A stretch of DNA of 64,000 nt from Phoronis australis (GCA_002633005.1 NMRA01000374.1:351653-415652), one strand, 5' to 3'. Positions 12,101 to 26,733 are shown, counted from the stretch's first letter. Translations and numbers: made by a program. Notes: generated by a model from the sequence alone, not told the origin.

Positions 12101-15100
12101 TTCTGACAGTCTTCAATAGTTGTAGGTATCAATCGACAGTGACCTGCGCGGAGCTCCTTCGCGAACTCATTTTCATGTGGCGTCCTCACTAAAACATCAC
12201 AAACATTATCAGCAAAGTTATGATCAGAGTAAGAACACCTAATGCCATATAGGACCTTATAGACAAACCTGTCTATGCTTAGCCAATTATCTATAAAACG
12301 ATAGATTTTAAGACTGTACAGTATATACTTTCTGAAAGTAGAAAGCATGAAGAATGCAATGTTTGGCATTTTATCGATTCTGTTATTGACTGGGTCACGT
12401 GACCGAGTATATTTAGTCAAATTTAACAAAACGAAGATACATCGATAGCAAAACGACAGTATTAACATGACCAAATTTTACTTAATATAAACGTTCACAA
12501 TGAAATATCAAAAACACTGCAACAGTTACAGTAATCATAACAATAATGTAACTTTTGATTTTTTTTTGTAAAAACTATGAAAGTCCATTTTTGATAGCCC
12601 CTCAAACAAACGTGGAACATTTTAAAAACAATTCCTATAACAGCGTCTTGGAAAACAATGCATAAGGTATGGAGTCTGAAAGTTCATAATTAATCCGACT
12701 AGCCACTTCTGAGACAAAATTTCCCAAAGTTTGCAAAATTTGGCCATTTTACAAGGGTTCTAAATAACCTTAAGGATATTAACACACAAGGTGATGTGTC
12801 TCAGTACTTTCCAAAAAATGGGAAAAAATCATTGTGAGGAGACACAATTAGTGTTTCTTCGGGCTTTATCAACTACAATTTATAGTAGTCCTGGAACATT
12901 AGCAAGGTAATGCATTGGGCAGAACTGTACCCAGCCCATGTCACAAAGTTAACACAACAAATGAGTACACAGCCCACATCACAGAGTCAACCCAACGAAC
13001 TGTACCCAGCCCATGTCACAGAGTTAACAAACTGTACACAGTCCACGTCACAGAGTTAACACAATAAACCGTACCCAGCCCATGTCACAGAGCTAATACA
13101 GCAAACTGTACGCAGTCCATGTCACAGAGCTAACACAACAGACGACCCAAGATGATCACAGATGAATTCCATCAGTCATTTAGTACAAAGCATAATTCTA
13201 ACCAAAAGTGATCTGTTGGTAGCCACAGCGTGTTAGTCTTACTTGCAGGACAGATAAATGTAGCAAAGCAGATAGCCTCTGGGTACATTGCACAATAAGA
13301 CAGGCTGATGGCTCCTCCCATTGATTGGCCGATTATGTGGAATGGCTGAGAGTCGAGACTGATCAATTCTACAAACTGAAATCAAAATTTTTAAAACTAT
13401 ACAACTCCACACAAAAATAATTAGATGCTGTCCAAACCTTAAAAAATTTCATCAGGTGCTTCTCCACAGAATTCACCGTACTACATGCAAGCAACCTCGA
13501 TACAATAATGTTGAATTAAGCTCTGGCAAATTTACAAAACGCCATTTCATTGTGATAAACGTTCAACTAAACTGCCCAATAAGTACGGTTTGACAGATTG
13601 TGGGGGAATTCTGACAAAGTCTGCCCAGTTTGGTTTCAAAACTACCATTGATATTTAAACAAGTCGGTTAGTGCATAACTAAAAAAACCTGCACTTGTTA
13701 AGAGTTAGTTTACTAATAAGTAGATTGTCCATGACAGGGCTCGACATTAACAGCTGTCCCATTGTCTGAGATTTGGAGCAGACTAGTCGAATTTCCAAAC
13801 TGCGGTCCAAATGGATAATCTAAAAGTTTTCATATGCAATAAAATTAACCTTATCTGACTTCAACATATCCGTGCCCAAAGTACTTTCTACAGCCTATTT
13901 GCAATGTATAACTGGTAAAAATGACTTTATCAAATGAATGACTTAAGACCACTAGCCAGAGATGTCTCTCCAACTTCCATCAGTTGAACTGCCATCATAT
14001 AAATAAAAGAACTAGTTTGATACATCACTCACAGGTCGATCACTTCAAGACAGCCACAAATAAAACGCAAAAAGTTTCAAAGCAAACAAGTTCATCGAAG
14101 TGCATCACGATTTGTTGCCAACTGCCACTTGTTTAGAAATCTGCATTTCCTGATCGGTCATTGGTGAAATACAACATTTTTTTAGTCATGTTACTGCTGC
14201 GTTCATGAAATATTTTAAATGCAGGGCTGCCAACTGTTATGGATAAACTCAATGTACTTATAGGGCCTAAAAATCACTAGGTTCTGGTTTTAAAATTTGT
14301 CAGATTTTGAGCATTTTATTTGTCTAAAAAATCAGCTGAAAATGACAAAATTCCATTAACATTTAATATATGGGCAAATTTGAGTCAGAAACTTTAGTTA
14401 AATGATGAAATCAGTTGAGGAGAGGAGGCAATAAGACCAATCAATCAAAAGACCACCTTGATTACAATTTATAATGTAATTTGCATATCTGACTTTCCCT
14501 TTTGTGGTTGGTCAATTAAAATTAGTATGTAAATGACTTGACTAACAAAAAATGTACATACTTGGCTTTGAATTGTGGAATATTGTCTGCTTTGAAAATC
14601 ATGTGAAGCTGTCAAGAGTTAAAATTTCAAAGATGGATGTTTTGAGGAATTAATGTATTACTAACTAAAAATGGAGAATTTGTCATACCGACTTTTGCAC
14701 TGAGAACTTGGATGCCTAAAACATGCAGCAGGAATTACAGAAAGATATTGATATTAGCTGGGCAATGGATCTGTGGGAGAAATCAACCATGCCGAGAGGC
14801 AACTGCAGAGCCAATACCATATAAATATCATAAGCAGAATTTTTAAAATCTGGTTTTAGTCGCACATCAGTTGATTTAAATATCGAAATTTGCTTTTTGA
14901 TGACTCGCATCTACTTGGATAAGCTCATTTTGAAATCCAACAAGTTTTACTGATGTAGAGTTGTCTGAAAGAATAACCAGTCCAACAAGTTAACGTCTAG
15001 CCTTGAACGACCAAAAAGTCGCATTTTTAATCGCGCATACCGGAGGACGTGTTCAAAATTTTTCAAATGTAACTGGAGAACAAGTAATCCAATACATTTA

Positions 15101-17544
15101 AGAAACATTCTTTAACTTGGGGAAAAGTTTGACAAAGGGTATTATTTTTCATTTGTATGCTTTCAAAAAGAGTCCAACAGTAGTAGTCCTGTTTTTGCAG
15201 TCTCTGAATCAATTTGAGTTGGTTTCATCAAGGCATTTTTCAGTGACTGTCCGGTTCTCAAAATCAAGGACCGCCAAAAGGGACTATTATGAACTGTCCT
15301 TAATTGCAGCAGGAAATCTCTACTAAAACTCCTAAGTTGTCATGAGGCCAAGTTCAACACAGATAACATCTAGTGCATGTTATTATCATTCCATGATTTT
15401 TCAAACACACTGTACCAGGAGCATGCAATTTAAGCTGTAAGCAACCGCTCAATGTCACCATAATAATATAGCACCATGGTAGTCACACCGCCTGGCCTTA
15501 CCTCATGTAATCTCTGTGTCATGGTATGAAACGAGATCTCATCATCATGGATTCGCGATGTCTGTCCATGTCCAGGTAAATCCACACAAATAATGTGAAT
15601 ATCTTGAGGAAGACGCTGTCAAGTAGTATAACAACAGCTCAGATTGAGATAAAAAAGACAAACAATAACTTGGCTCACAATGTAGTACAGGTATTTTTAT
15701 CACACGTCGTATTAATTTAGGCAAAAACGGTGCACGCGTGTGTCACGATGGTTCACAAGTTGTGGAGTTCTTTGATGTCATGTTGAAACTACAGAAGATA
15801 TGCTCCCAAGAGTCCAGTACTCAGTCGGCAAGACTCAATCTTGCAGAATTAGGTAAAAATTAATATCTTGAGTGACAAGAAGAGGTAATTTTCTAAGACA
15901 AGCACCCACATGGAGTCAAACTCCAACTTGAGCAGTCACTGTCCAACATGGAGCCGATCATTACTCAATAAATGGTGAAGTAGTTTGTCTGTTAAATTAA
16001 CCAGCCTAGATTTCATCAAAGAAGTAGCAAACAACGGCAAAAACTAGTGATTGGTAATAAAAATACAAATTTAAACACATATTAGCTCTAGCCACAACTA
16101 ATAACTTTAAAATGTCCATCCCATACAACAATAATAAAAAATGTGTTTTCCAGTCGTTAAAATGGCAATGTCCCTTTGAAAGAAGATGATTTCAATCTAT
16201 GAAAACATGACTGTTCACAACAAAGACAAAAAGACCAAAAATTGTGACCTTTTTATTTCAAAATTAGGACCACACCTCAAATGCATTGGTGCCCAAAACT
16301 TATATTTTCCGCGAAATGACATATTGTATTGTGTTTCATGAAAATAGTCGCTAAACATCTGCTTCTGCCCGAGTATTTCACGAGATATCTCACCTGAACC
16401 AATGGCAGCCACATATCTTTACTCGCTGAGAAACCATGAACAAATAAAATGGAGGGCACGTCAGGTCGTTTTTTACCCTTTTCGGCATAACAGAATCGAA
16501 ACCCACTCTTGCTTTTGACAGATTTCACCTGTAAGCCATGTTTGAATAACTGTGCCCTAGAAAATAATTTATTCCAAAACAGTAAAAATTAACAATAAGT
16601 ACTTGCCAATGGATTCCTTATGTTGTACACATAATGTCTTCAATTAGCAGGCGGAGGCATGTGGATAATGAAATCATTGAAACCCATTATTGATGTACAA
16701 ACAAATACTAGTACTATAAAAAAGTTCAGTCAATGCAGTCTAATATAACCAAGAATTAGTCCCCACCTATACGGCGAAACCTCACAAATTTTGGACAAAA
16801 ATAATTGCCAAAATTGTCCTTTCTTCATTTTTCAAGTCCCTCTTAATATAGTTGTGAAGGGTCACACTTTGTGAAGGGTCATACTTTTTTCAAAACATTA
16901 TCTGATGGTCACTGTGGTATGGAACTTAAACATGGAAGTGCATTAATTTGGAATGACATGTCATTCATGGACAAAAATATTATAAAACAATATTTCACTT
17001 GTCGGCAATAATGTATCCTAAATGGTGAGTACTATCGTGGTTACTTTTCATAGAAACAACAGTCTACCTGCATGATTAAAATAAAGAATAATCATTCTAC
17101 TGAAAGAAACGGCAAATGCTGAAAAACGGTGTGTTTGATGACGGTGCATGATGAGAAGTTGCCGGCATTACTGAATTTATATGTGAACAACAGGCTGTGT
17201 CAATAACATGTTCCGTTATTGGATACCTGTAATATACCCATCACGGACAGGATCATTGAGGAAATGCTGGTGCATTAATCCCCTCCCCAGACCATCCCCG
17301 TGACAGCAGAAGGTGCAGAGCGCCAGGGCTGAAGTTGTATATCACCATCTGATTTGAGAACACTTTGGCATGTTATTGGATAATATAATTATCCTCAAAA
17401 AATGATATCGCAAGTGTCTACCTACCGGAAATATGCCTTAAGGAACAAGCCAGGTTTCATCAAGAGGAGAAGAACCACAGCAAACACTGGTGTAGCCATG
17501 GCAACAACAGGATGAAAAAAGTAATCTGCCACAAATTCTGACAT
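9117..17544 (-). CDS. ABHD6: Monoacylglycerol lipase ABHD6-like alpha/beta hydrolase, complete, 8 coding exons, 327 aa
   Basis: Exons (-): 17544-17426 (MSEFVADYFFHPVVAMATPVFAVVLLLLMKP, N-terminal hydrophobic anchor), 16556-16394 (ILFVHGFSASKDMW, oxyanion motif), 15615-15502 (VDLPGHGQT), 13375-13243 (GQSMGG, nucleophile GxSxG), 12188-12055, 11569-11515, 10146-10046 (VWGRHDV, catalytic Asp) and 9281-9117 (KCGHSCNMDRP, catalytic His; TAG). Lengths sum to 984 nt, all introns are GT-AG and phases are compatible. Confidence 0.93.
12580..12773. mobile_element. End of a TTAA-flanked non-autonomous DNA-transposon family (Kolobok-like); related copies in opposite orientation at ~6857-7070 and ~8305-8520
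   Basis: Reverse-complement similarity among copies (e.g. GAGGGGCTATCAAAAA, TCTCAGAA...CCGATT); terminus reads TTAA|GG. Confidence 0.5.
12923..13145. repeat. ~37-bp minisatellite (ACTGTACCCAGCCCATGTCACAGAGTTAACACAACAA) in an ABHD6 intron
   Basis: About 6 degenerate tandem copies seen. Confidence 0.85.
13735..15005. mobile_element. Possible hAT-type non-autonomous element with CAGGGCTCGACATTAAC termini
   Basis: Left end CAGGGCTCGACATTAAC; right end GTTAACGTCTAGCCTTG is an imperfect inverted match. No clear 8-bp TSD. The CAGGGCTCGACA start recurs at ~55686. Confidence 0.4.
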
Positions 17545-17625
17545 TTTGGTGCCCCGTCTGAAAAGAACTTGTTGTTAGTGTTCACAATTTGACTTGAAAG
17601 ATATAAAATAACAGTGACTCCAAAG

Positions 17626-17810
17626 TTTAATAAAATAACAGTGACTCCAAAGTTTAATATTATAATTACAGTGATTCCAAAGTTTAATAAAATAACAGTT
17701 ACTGGTACTCCAAAGTTTAATGAAATAACCGTGACTCCAATTGAAAGTTTAAAATAACAGTGATTTCAAAGTTCAATACAATAACAGTGACTCCGAAGTT
17801 TAATAAAATG
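17626..17810. repeat. ~27-bp minisatellite (AATAACAGTGACTCCAAAGTTTAATAA)
   Basis: About 6 tandem copies seen. Confidence 0.85.
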
Positions 17811-19339
17811 GAACTACAGAAAGCTAATCAATAATGAAGGATTGTGAGACAAAAAATGTTAAAAGCCATCAGGATACTTTGTAGTCAATCTTGCAAATTT
17901 TTGGAGTGTCCGTGACTGCAACACATGAGCAGAAACCCAGATCCATTTCTGGTACCTAAACAAAAACTGAAACCATCAGTCGGGTCCGTGGAAGGAGGGG
18001 GGGGGGGGGGNNNGGGGGGGGGGGCTGTGCAAGTGACAATGATAATAATGCATTAATTCAGTGCCTGCGATAGGTAAGGGTAGTTAATATTTTTATAATG
18101 CAGACAGATTCCCTCAATGGTAACCCAAAAATAGGTAGAAACAATGGATTGGCATTTTAATAACACTGCAGTGTTATAAAAGCACAATTCCATTATTTCT
18201 GTGGTATAAAAAAATCCACAATGTTTTTGAAGCACCGAAATTGGCACAAATAGGATAGCTGCAACTTCTTCTAGCTTTAAACACGAGTCTTCCAGCATAT
18301 TGTTCAAAATCCAAATTAGCTAGGGTCACGAAAGTTTCCATGCCCACAAGTGGAGAGATGGCTTGGGACATAAAAACTTAAGTCTCTAGTAAGTGAAATG
18401 AGTTTTAGCCTTTCTCATTCTCCAAATTTGAGACTTAACGGTAAGGCATGAATTTAACTACCTCCATCCAAAATTGTATTTGAAATTTTTCCCGCATCTG
18501 AGTTACCTGACAAAGCCTGTGATTGAAGCCAGGTTAGAAGATTTCAAAAGAAAAATATAGGCGTGAGCCAACTTTGTTCTTTTTGTAAGTAACAGGGATA
18601 TTCCTTAACAGGTCTGAGCCTGTGACTTTTTTCAAAAGACGTGCCCAGCAGATTTAGGGTAATTAATGTCGTGGTAACATATGAAACAGAAACCCCAAAG
18701 GAAATCAAAACATGAACAGTCATATTTTACCCCACTAAGTTGACTAGAATCTTGCATTTTTGGAAGACTGTTGCGTTTTAGATGTCCCCAGCAGGCGCAC
18801 TGCAGAAAAATACTTGTGCCTTTTTCTTTTTTCATGCGCTAATGGCACAAAGGGGCAGTCCAGGCATATCCCTGAAGTAATTGTACAAAAGTGTTTCATT
18901 TTCGTAAGATTCCTCTTTTAGCATGGTTAGTATGAAGTTTTCAGTGACATTTCTTACACACCTGAGAAATTTCCGCGAACTTCGCACTAACTAGTACAGC
19001 GGTCAATAGTCGACACCTGGTTGCACGCCATCTGCTGGGCAATGAAACCTCACGCTTCAAGCAAGAAAAAACGTTTGTCTTCAGTCAATTCCATGTTTGC
19101 GAGCATGACGACATTTTCATGCCCAAGCCTATATTCCCATGACTTCCAAAAACACATGGTTTGCAACCAATAAGTTTTAACATGAATCTGCTACCACCGT
19201 ATAGACCTGGGGTAAATTATTAGAGGATATCTTTACATAACCAGTGTGATGATGACTAATGTCTCACTACACTTTGACAGAGTTTCAATATTAAATATTT
19301 CATGGTAGTAGTAACAATAGTGCCTACTGCCTCTACTGT

Positions 19340-20415
19340 GCATGAACTTGAAATCCTGCTTAATCTTAATTAAAAAGATCACGTATCCGTGAACTTGGAA
19401 TTGAAAATTGTAGTGAGACGGTATTCGACCAGTCTCACTGCTGTGCTGGCCTTCTGCCGCGCTGGCCTTCTGCCGCGATGGCCTTCTGCTGCGCATGCCC
19501 TGTTGGCATCAAAGGACGACTGTTGTACGTCTTGGAGACTGCTGATGTTGCCTGTCGTGGCCCATATGCCGGTGCCAGTCCATAAAGGCACATCAATTAT
19601 TTAGCAGCCCTTCCGCGATTGATACACATGCTGGCATGTGGAGCGGCACACGATCTGCTAACCAATGAACTGATCGGACATACCAGAGCACCTTTAGTAT
19701 CATTGTAAGACGTAGGTTCTTGTTACTATAATATTTAGGCAACGAGGTGATTTTTGTTAAGAGAACAAGATCTCCAATTACTCCAATTTTTGAAAAACGG
19801 TTTTTCATTATTTTGTTAACACACCAGTCATTATTTGATTTAGTGCAGTGCAAGTTTTTATCACCATGAACGTGATTATTTGAGTGAACTTGTCAAGTTT
19901 TCTCGTGTATTCCACGTTCACACATACGCAAACTTGAGATTAAGCAGTATTCCAAGTTCACTTGCTGTACATGAACTTAGAAGAACTTGGAATCCTGCTT
20001 AATCTCAAGATTAAGTGGAAGTAAGTGTTGCGTGAACTTGGAATACGTGAGGCAACTTGACAAGTTCACTCAAATAATCACTTTCATGTTCATAAAATTT
20101 GCACTGCACAAAATCAAGTTACATTTGAATAAAATAATTTCAATTTTAACCAACCTTTTCAAGTTTCAACAGGCGATCAGTTTCACCAAACAATAATCGA
20201 TTTAGCCATTCACATATTCCTCCGGTTCAAAAGTTGCGGTAAAGGAGGAAATGGTTGATCGCGAGGCCAATAATTACAAAAATTCTTTTCACTGACCAAA
20301 AATTTCACCTTTTACCCTTAAACTGGTTCATAGCCTTAAAGAATATTCAATTCCAAGTTCACGCAACACTCACTTCCGCTTAATCTTGAGATTAAGCAGA
20401 GGATTCCAAGTTCAG
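19340..20415. mobile_element. Two adjacent MITE-like elements with GAACTTGGAAT(CCTGCTTAATCT) inverted ends (~19340-19960 and ~19983-20415)
   Basis: 19983-20045 is an inverted match to 20350-20414, and 19845-19920 is an inverted match to 20030-20108. The same motif occurs at ~58410-58490 and ~61915-62016. Confidence 0.6.
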
Positions 20416-23400
20416 GCACAGCACACTCACAGCAAAAATCTGTCTCTGCAGTGCATTGCAGCAGAGGCGTTTCAACAGCAGGGAACTGAGTAAATCATTA
20501 GTTGAATGTGAAAAACCTCCTCAATATATATAGTATCATAACCTCCACCGGAAAATGCGACATACCCAACAGCTAATCAGTGAATCGTGTATGTTTTCTG
20601 CTCAAAAATCAGAACGCAAGGCGCAGCGACAGGGAAATTTGCCCTTTGACATGGGGTGCACTAACAATAGGAAGTCAATGAAAGCCAAACATCGCTATAA
20701 TAACAATATATTCCTTAAATCAGTGCATTTTGATGGAATTTTGCATAGTTTTTTCATTTGGAGGTATTTAGGTTAAATTGTTAAGAAAACAATCTGTACT
20801 TCCATACTTCCATATGATTTTGTGAAAGGCTTCACTGTCATGGTACACGCACATGAAACTTCCGGTTTCAGTCGTTGTGCACTAAAATTGTTCGTGTTGT
20901 TCAGGCACTAGAAAAAATAATGATGGTTGATGAAGTAAGAAATCTCGATGTTGCGCAGAAAGCATCTATGGATGTTCTATCCCTCAACAACTTGGTAATG
21001 TATTCAAATTCCTGGTTGACTCGAACTAGTTCATGTACTGATAATGCGACAGCGTCTCTATTGTAGGGAGGACAGCATTTTTCAAAAATTTTAGAAAATG
21101 TGCATGTAATATACATCATTAGAAAGCTCTTTTCGAGACTAAAATAACGATAGTAAATTTTTTTAAATTGGACTTATGGTTCCGGAGAAAATGTCATTTT
21201 TGTGTCAAAATTTTTGGTAAAAATTCTGTCAAATCGAATCTGCGAGTTCAAAATATTATTATTTCAAAACTAAGAAACGTAAATAGACATGTAATACATC
21301 ATTTTAAAGAACTTTTTATGATGAATAATTTGCCAAAAAAACCATTTCGATTAGACGTTCCTGTGCGAAGATATTGACCTTAAAGTCAACACAGCCGACA
21401 AAGAGAAGTCACTACGTACAATTTTGCGATTTCGAATTTTCATAAAATAACAATTACTCCAGGAAAAAAAACAAATAAGGTATCATTTTAAAGATTTTTT
21501 ATCAGGAAAGTTGAAACTTGATAATTGGTTGAGCAAATTATTAATATTATTTGTGATATTGTTTTTAACAATCATGCTGTTTGCAACCGGCTTAACTTTG
21601 TCACTCAATTACATTAAGTAAAAATCAAAGATAAACAAACATCATTTCAAAAATGTATTGATGACAAGTATGATATATAGAACATTTTAATACAAGCTTC
21701 TGAAAGACATATAATAAATAAAACTTTTACATAAACTTTCCACAACAATGTAATAAAATGAAGACCCTGTCATGAGCCATCCAGGAATGTTCATGCTATA
21801 AAACCAACAACTGGAATATTCATAATCCTAAAATTGTCTCAAGTGATATGAACACAAAAAAGAATTTATGATGGACAGATAAATAAAGTTCTCAAGGCAT
21901 CCTCAAGGAAGGAGGGGCCAAACCCTTTCTGTGACAATTGGCAGTGGAGTACCTTCCAGTAAACAGACGCTCAGTGGAGTTCCTTACACAGACCTGTGGT
22001 ATCCTCAAGGAAGGGGGCCAAACCCTTTCTGACTATCATAAGGCATTGGAGTATCTACTATGCAACACTGAGTTATTCCAGCACTTCGAAGTCCCTTTGA
22101 CCAAAGTCATCAATCAGCCGAAAGGAGTAGATAGCCTCATCTTCGTTGTAATGGATATTAAACCAAGACAGATATCCGAGGACCTGAAAGAATACTATAA
22201 TTCATAATTATTTGAACAGTGTTATGCGAAAATGTTACCCTACTTGGAAATTATGCACATTTTAACAAAGGTGACATAATACTATTAAACTACAAGGTTG
22301 TGAAAAGAAAAAAGAAATAGCTAGATAGGTCATGTCAGTATTTGTCTGACAGTGTCTTAAGAGGTGGTGTTGGCATATGGTACTTCTTCGCGGACTCCTC
22401 AACAGCATCAGGAGCTGAAAAGCACAGTCCGATAGGTGGAGGGGAGAGCCAAAATGAAGGAGGCTTTGACCGTTTGTCTATGAGATCATGTCCAACTGAA
22501 TAACTGATAAAATGCAAGTAGAATCAGTAGAAGCAGGAAAGTAGAAGGATCTGGACCAAGAGCTAGAAGCAGAGTCTGTTGAGAAAGAAATGTGAGACAT
22601 GATGAAGATAGAAACTCAAAACAGGAGTGAAATTATAAGAACAAAAATAATGAAGAAAATAACAACTGGTTTGGTCCACAGTAAATTCCAACAAAGCTTA
22701 CCTGGAGGATAAAGATCAGGGTGAGATTTATGAACAGTCTAGGCAAACCTCAATTGTTCCGTTAAAAACTATATATACTGGCCCGTGGTCAGAAAAAAAG
22801 TTTATCGAAAGCATGTATGTTTCAAAGTAGTGGACCACAAAGTCTTGGAAACACAGGACTGCAGTAGAACTGTACATTTGTAATATTTGTTTAATCTAAA
22901 ATTAAAACATTTTCATTTTCTATCTTGACATATTCTGAATAAAATGTCATGACCAACAAGGCAAGATGGGTGTGGACTTCTCTGGCAGCAAGCCAACCCA
23001 AGTCTATCAGTGGCTTGACCAACAAAAATGTGAAACAAAATAGTAAAAAAAAACTTAAATATAAGAATCATTGTTCTCACTACGAGAAATGACTGTTTAG
23101 TTCTCTTTTACATTGAGTTTTCATCAGCAAAAGTTGAAGTGCTTCAGTATTGTAAACCAAACATTCAACGCGATTCACAGGACCACCCCTAGCGGCAGTA
23201 CCCGGAACTACGAAGTGAGTCAGAAATTCGCCCGATTGTCAGAAATTGACGAAATGTTCGTTTAGAACAAGTGTTTGAAATAGTTCATTAATGAACCCTT
23301 TAGTGCGGAATACAGTTCATTACATTCGCAAATTATTCTATATACCAATAAATTCAGCTCGAAGTTGAAGGTCGCGGGAACAGGCGACTTTTTCAACTTT

Positions 23401-24040
23401 TAAGTGCAGGAAAGTGAAAACTACTTACATAATCGTGTTCGCAAGGCTCCCTTTTGTTCTTTCACGAAGTTTCACGTAAAAATTCGCGAGTTTAGTCTTC
23501 TCCTGGGTTGAAAACCAAATAGCACTCATTTTTACCGGCATCCATTTTGGTCTGAAAAATCGGTCACGTCCCTGCAAAAAACTCGTGCAAAGTACTATTA
23601 AACGAATTTTGCGACAAAAAAAGATTATCAGATAAGTAAAACAATATATTTTTTCATAGTTTGCAATAATTTTTATTCACATTTATTACATTTTTGAGTT
23701 ATTTTTTGCCGATTGTAGTGAGCGAATTTAACACGGTGACAGATACGCGAAGCGATTCGCTGAAGAATGCTGTCCTCGCTATCTATTGAGTCTATTGTCT
23801 TGCAGTTGCACTTGCAGTACAAATGGTGATGCTCACATGGGGGACACCGGAAGCTTTTCGGTGAAGTATGCCTCACACTGATTAAACCATCAAATTCATA
23901 TTGCTATAAGTACCTTTTGTGCACAGAGGAACACTTTAGGAGGCTTGTTGGTGTCTTTTAATTCCTTCCAACTCGAACAAATACTAGCGACCACAGGTGT
24001 CCTCAGGCTCAGCTTCTGATCGTCCACAGTACACTATATA

Positions 24041-26733
24041 CCATAATCGTTCGGGTTAACGCCCATGCTCAGTTAACCGCCCATCCCCGACTTTAAGTGG
24101 ATTTTCGATTTAACTGCCCACTGCTCGGTTAAGCTCCCCCCTGCGATTTTTGTAGATTTCCAGTTAAGCGCCCACCTCTCGTTTAAGCGCCCATCCCCGA
24201 CTTTTAAAGAATGAAAACTTAGCGCCTAGTGCTAAGGAAACGCTCGATTCCCCGACTTTTAGAAAAAGATCGATGATCACAATGAGTGCAACGACGCCGG
24301 GACTCCGAGACGGTGGTTTANTCCATGCTCAGTTAACCGCCCATCCCCGACTTTAAGTGGATTTTCGATTTAACCGCCCACTGCTCAGTTAACCGCCCCC
24401 CTGCGATTTTTGAAGATTTCCAGTTAAGCGCCCACCTCTTGGTTAAGCGCCCATCCCTGACTTTTAAAGAATTAAGATTTAGCGCCTAGTGCTAAGGAAA
24501 CGCGCGATTCCCCGACTTTTAGAAAAAGATCGATGATCACAATGAGTGCAACGACACCGGGACTCCGAGACGGTGGTTTAGCAATCTGAATTACAATACA
24601 GGTAACGAGTTATTGCCTTGGGTCATGAACTCACTTCATAATATAATGCTTGAACCTTTTTGTCACTTTATTTTCTTCCCTTGTTTGCAAAGTTTAAGAA
24701 TGCCGCCGGCGTCAAAACCTCCGCTTAAAGCGACTTTGTCTGCCGCGCTGAGTTTCCGTCTGCAGTGCACTAGATAAAACATATATTCGAAAAAATCAGG
24801 CCAGAGAAATGTGACAATGGTTTTGCCAACCCTCCAAATTCTGTTAAGGTGGGAAGCTCTCGTATTTTGAACAAATCTCACAACTCACGGAATGATGTCA
24901 AATTCTCAATATTTTGATGAATATAACTGCTGGGTTATAGAGGATGTGGGGCGACCGAAGGGACGGCACAAGTGCCTTACTGGGTTACCGATTTCGTTGC
25001 TGCCTGTCGATTTCTGAATTCAAACGTTGGCAATAATGTATGTTTGTGTATGATCTTGAAGTAAGAAAAAACAGCTAGTCAAATTTTGCTTTTCGCTTAT
25101 TGCATCTCGGTCCAACTGGTTAGCAGATTAAACTAATGTCGCTGGCTGTTCTTTACTATTTCTTGCGTCAGCCCCCACGTAAGCGTGACTGTGTGAATTA
25201 TTGTTTCCACATCCTCTTTTTAGCCATCCATATTAATTTTGTTTATAATTTGGCCATTTTCAGCCTGAACAAAAATTCTTACCATTCGAGTCTGAAATAT
25301 CTACGACGTAGACTGCTCGACGATAGTGGGTAGGAGATTCACGCAGCTAGTTACAGGGATGGGCTTAGGGAGCATCGAGCCGGGAAATATGGGAATAGAC
25401 TTGACATCGCAGTTTTGGGGAACATTGGCAACAGAGGAATATCGTAAAGAACTGGGTCTTTCGTAGCAACAGCTTAAAAGTACATAGTCACGCCCGTTTT
25501 TGTTACTTCGGACTGTTGCTATGTTTGACTGATTTGTAGTGATGCACGTGCGCAAGTTCCCACACTTTGGAGTGCATGTTACCTTGACACCAACATGTGA
25601 TTGACAGGTGACTCACACATAGGCNCACATAGGCGTGCGTGCTGAATACCGCCACTATCTTTGGCCATAAAAAACGAGATGCGTATTGAAAGAGGCCGTT
25701 ATATTACTTGACGGCATTTCCAAGTCACGATTGTCAGCCGACTGAGACATTACACGATAACAGCGGGACCGACCAGTGCCGCAATGCGATATTACAAGTG
25801 ATATAAATAGGATAATCTGGACATCTTGCATGAAAAATAAATGTTTTTCCACCAAGAAGTTTGGTAACGTGATCGTTTAGAATAATGAATTGAAACATTG
25901 CTGTTTTCTGACATTTTGTAGCATATTTATGCAGTTGCGTGAAATTTTATTCTTGATCGATGACTGGCTCGACCACCCCCGATTCTTGTCTTACTTCTTT
26001 GCATAGCATGTTTGTCGCAATGGCAAGAGAGCAATGCCGGACTGTCGAGATAAGGCAGCTAGCCGCAGAACCATACGCTGAAAATGTCATTGAGTCACGG
26101 AGTGTCGACTATAACATCCCAAACACAAAAAAACAGCAGAGTTCAGTTTTTCAAACTTTTATTACAACCAATTTTAAAACTGCTCTCTGACTCAGAACTT
26201 GACAGCTATACATATAGTACGAGACTGTAACCATAAATTTGATGTCTGACCTCTACAACACGTGAAGCTTGCACGCGCGCACTTAAGCAGGGTCACATCT
26301 TGAAACAGTTAATTCTAGTGGAGGCGGAGGCTGCGTGATCACTGGTCGTCTGCGCACCGCAGGACGGCACAGGGCTATTATTCAGCAATTTTGTAAATTT
26401 AATAGTAAATGACTAATCTGAGGGCAAGAGAACCTTTGTTGGGATCATCCGCTGTTATGACGTTTTCAGTCATTTGGCGACGTGACGATAAAGCTCTTTG
26501 AAAAGGGCTACGCGATCCGAGTATGATTGTCCTGTCCGGATTTAGATCGCCAGGTGAGATTAACCGCCCAGGGCGGTTGTCTGTCATAATAAGCGCCCAT
26601 GTACGGTTAACCGCCCATCCCCCACTTTAGGTGGATTTTCGATTTAACCGCCCACTGCTCGGTTAACCGCCCTCCCCCGATTTTTTGGATTCGCCAATTT
26701 AACCACCCAGGGCGTTAACCCGAACGATTACTG
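24041..26733. mobile_element. Non-autonomous Tc1/mariner-superfamily (pogo/Tigger-like) DNA transposon
   Basis: TIRs CCATAATCGTTCGGGTTAACGCCC (24041) and GGGCGTTAACCCGAACGATTACTG (ending 26733), TA on both flanks, and subterminal TTAACCGCCC arrays at both ends. No intact transposase ORF. Confidence 0.8.

Noticed and set aside
17990-18025. Poly-G tract as a G-quadruplex or regulatory element
   Set aside because: It spans an NNN gap, so its length and continuity are unreliable.
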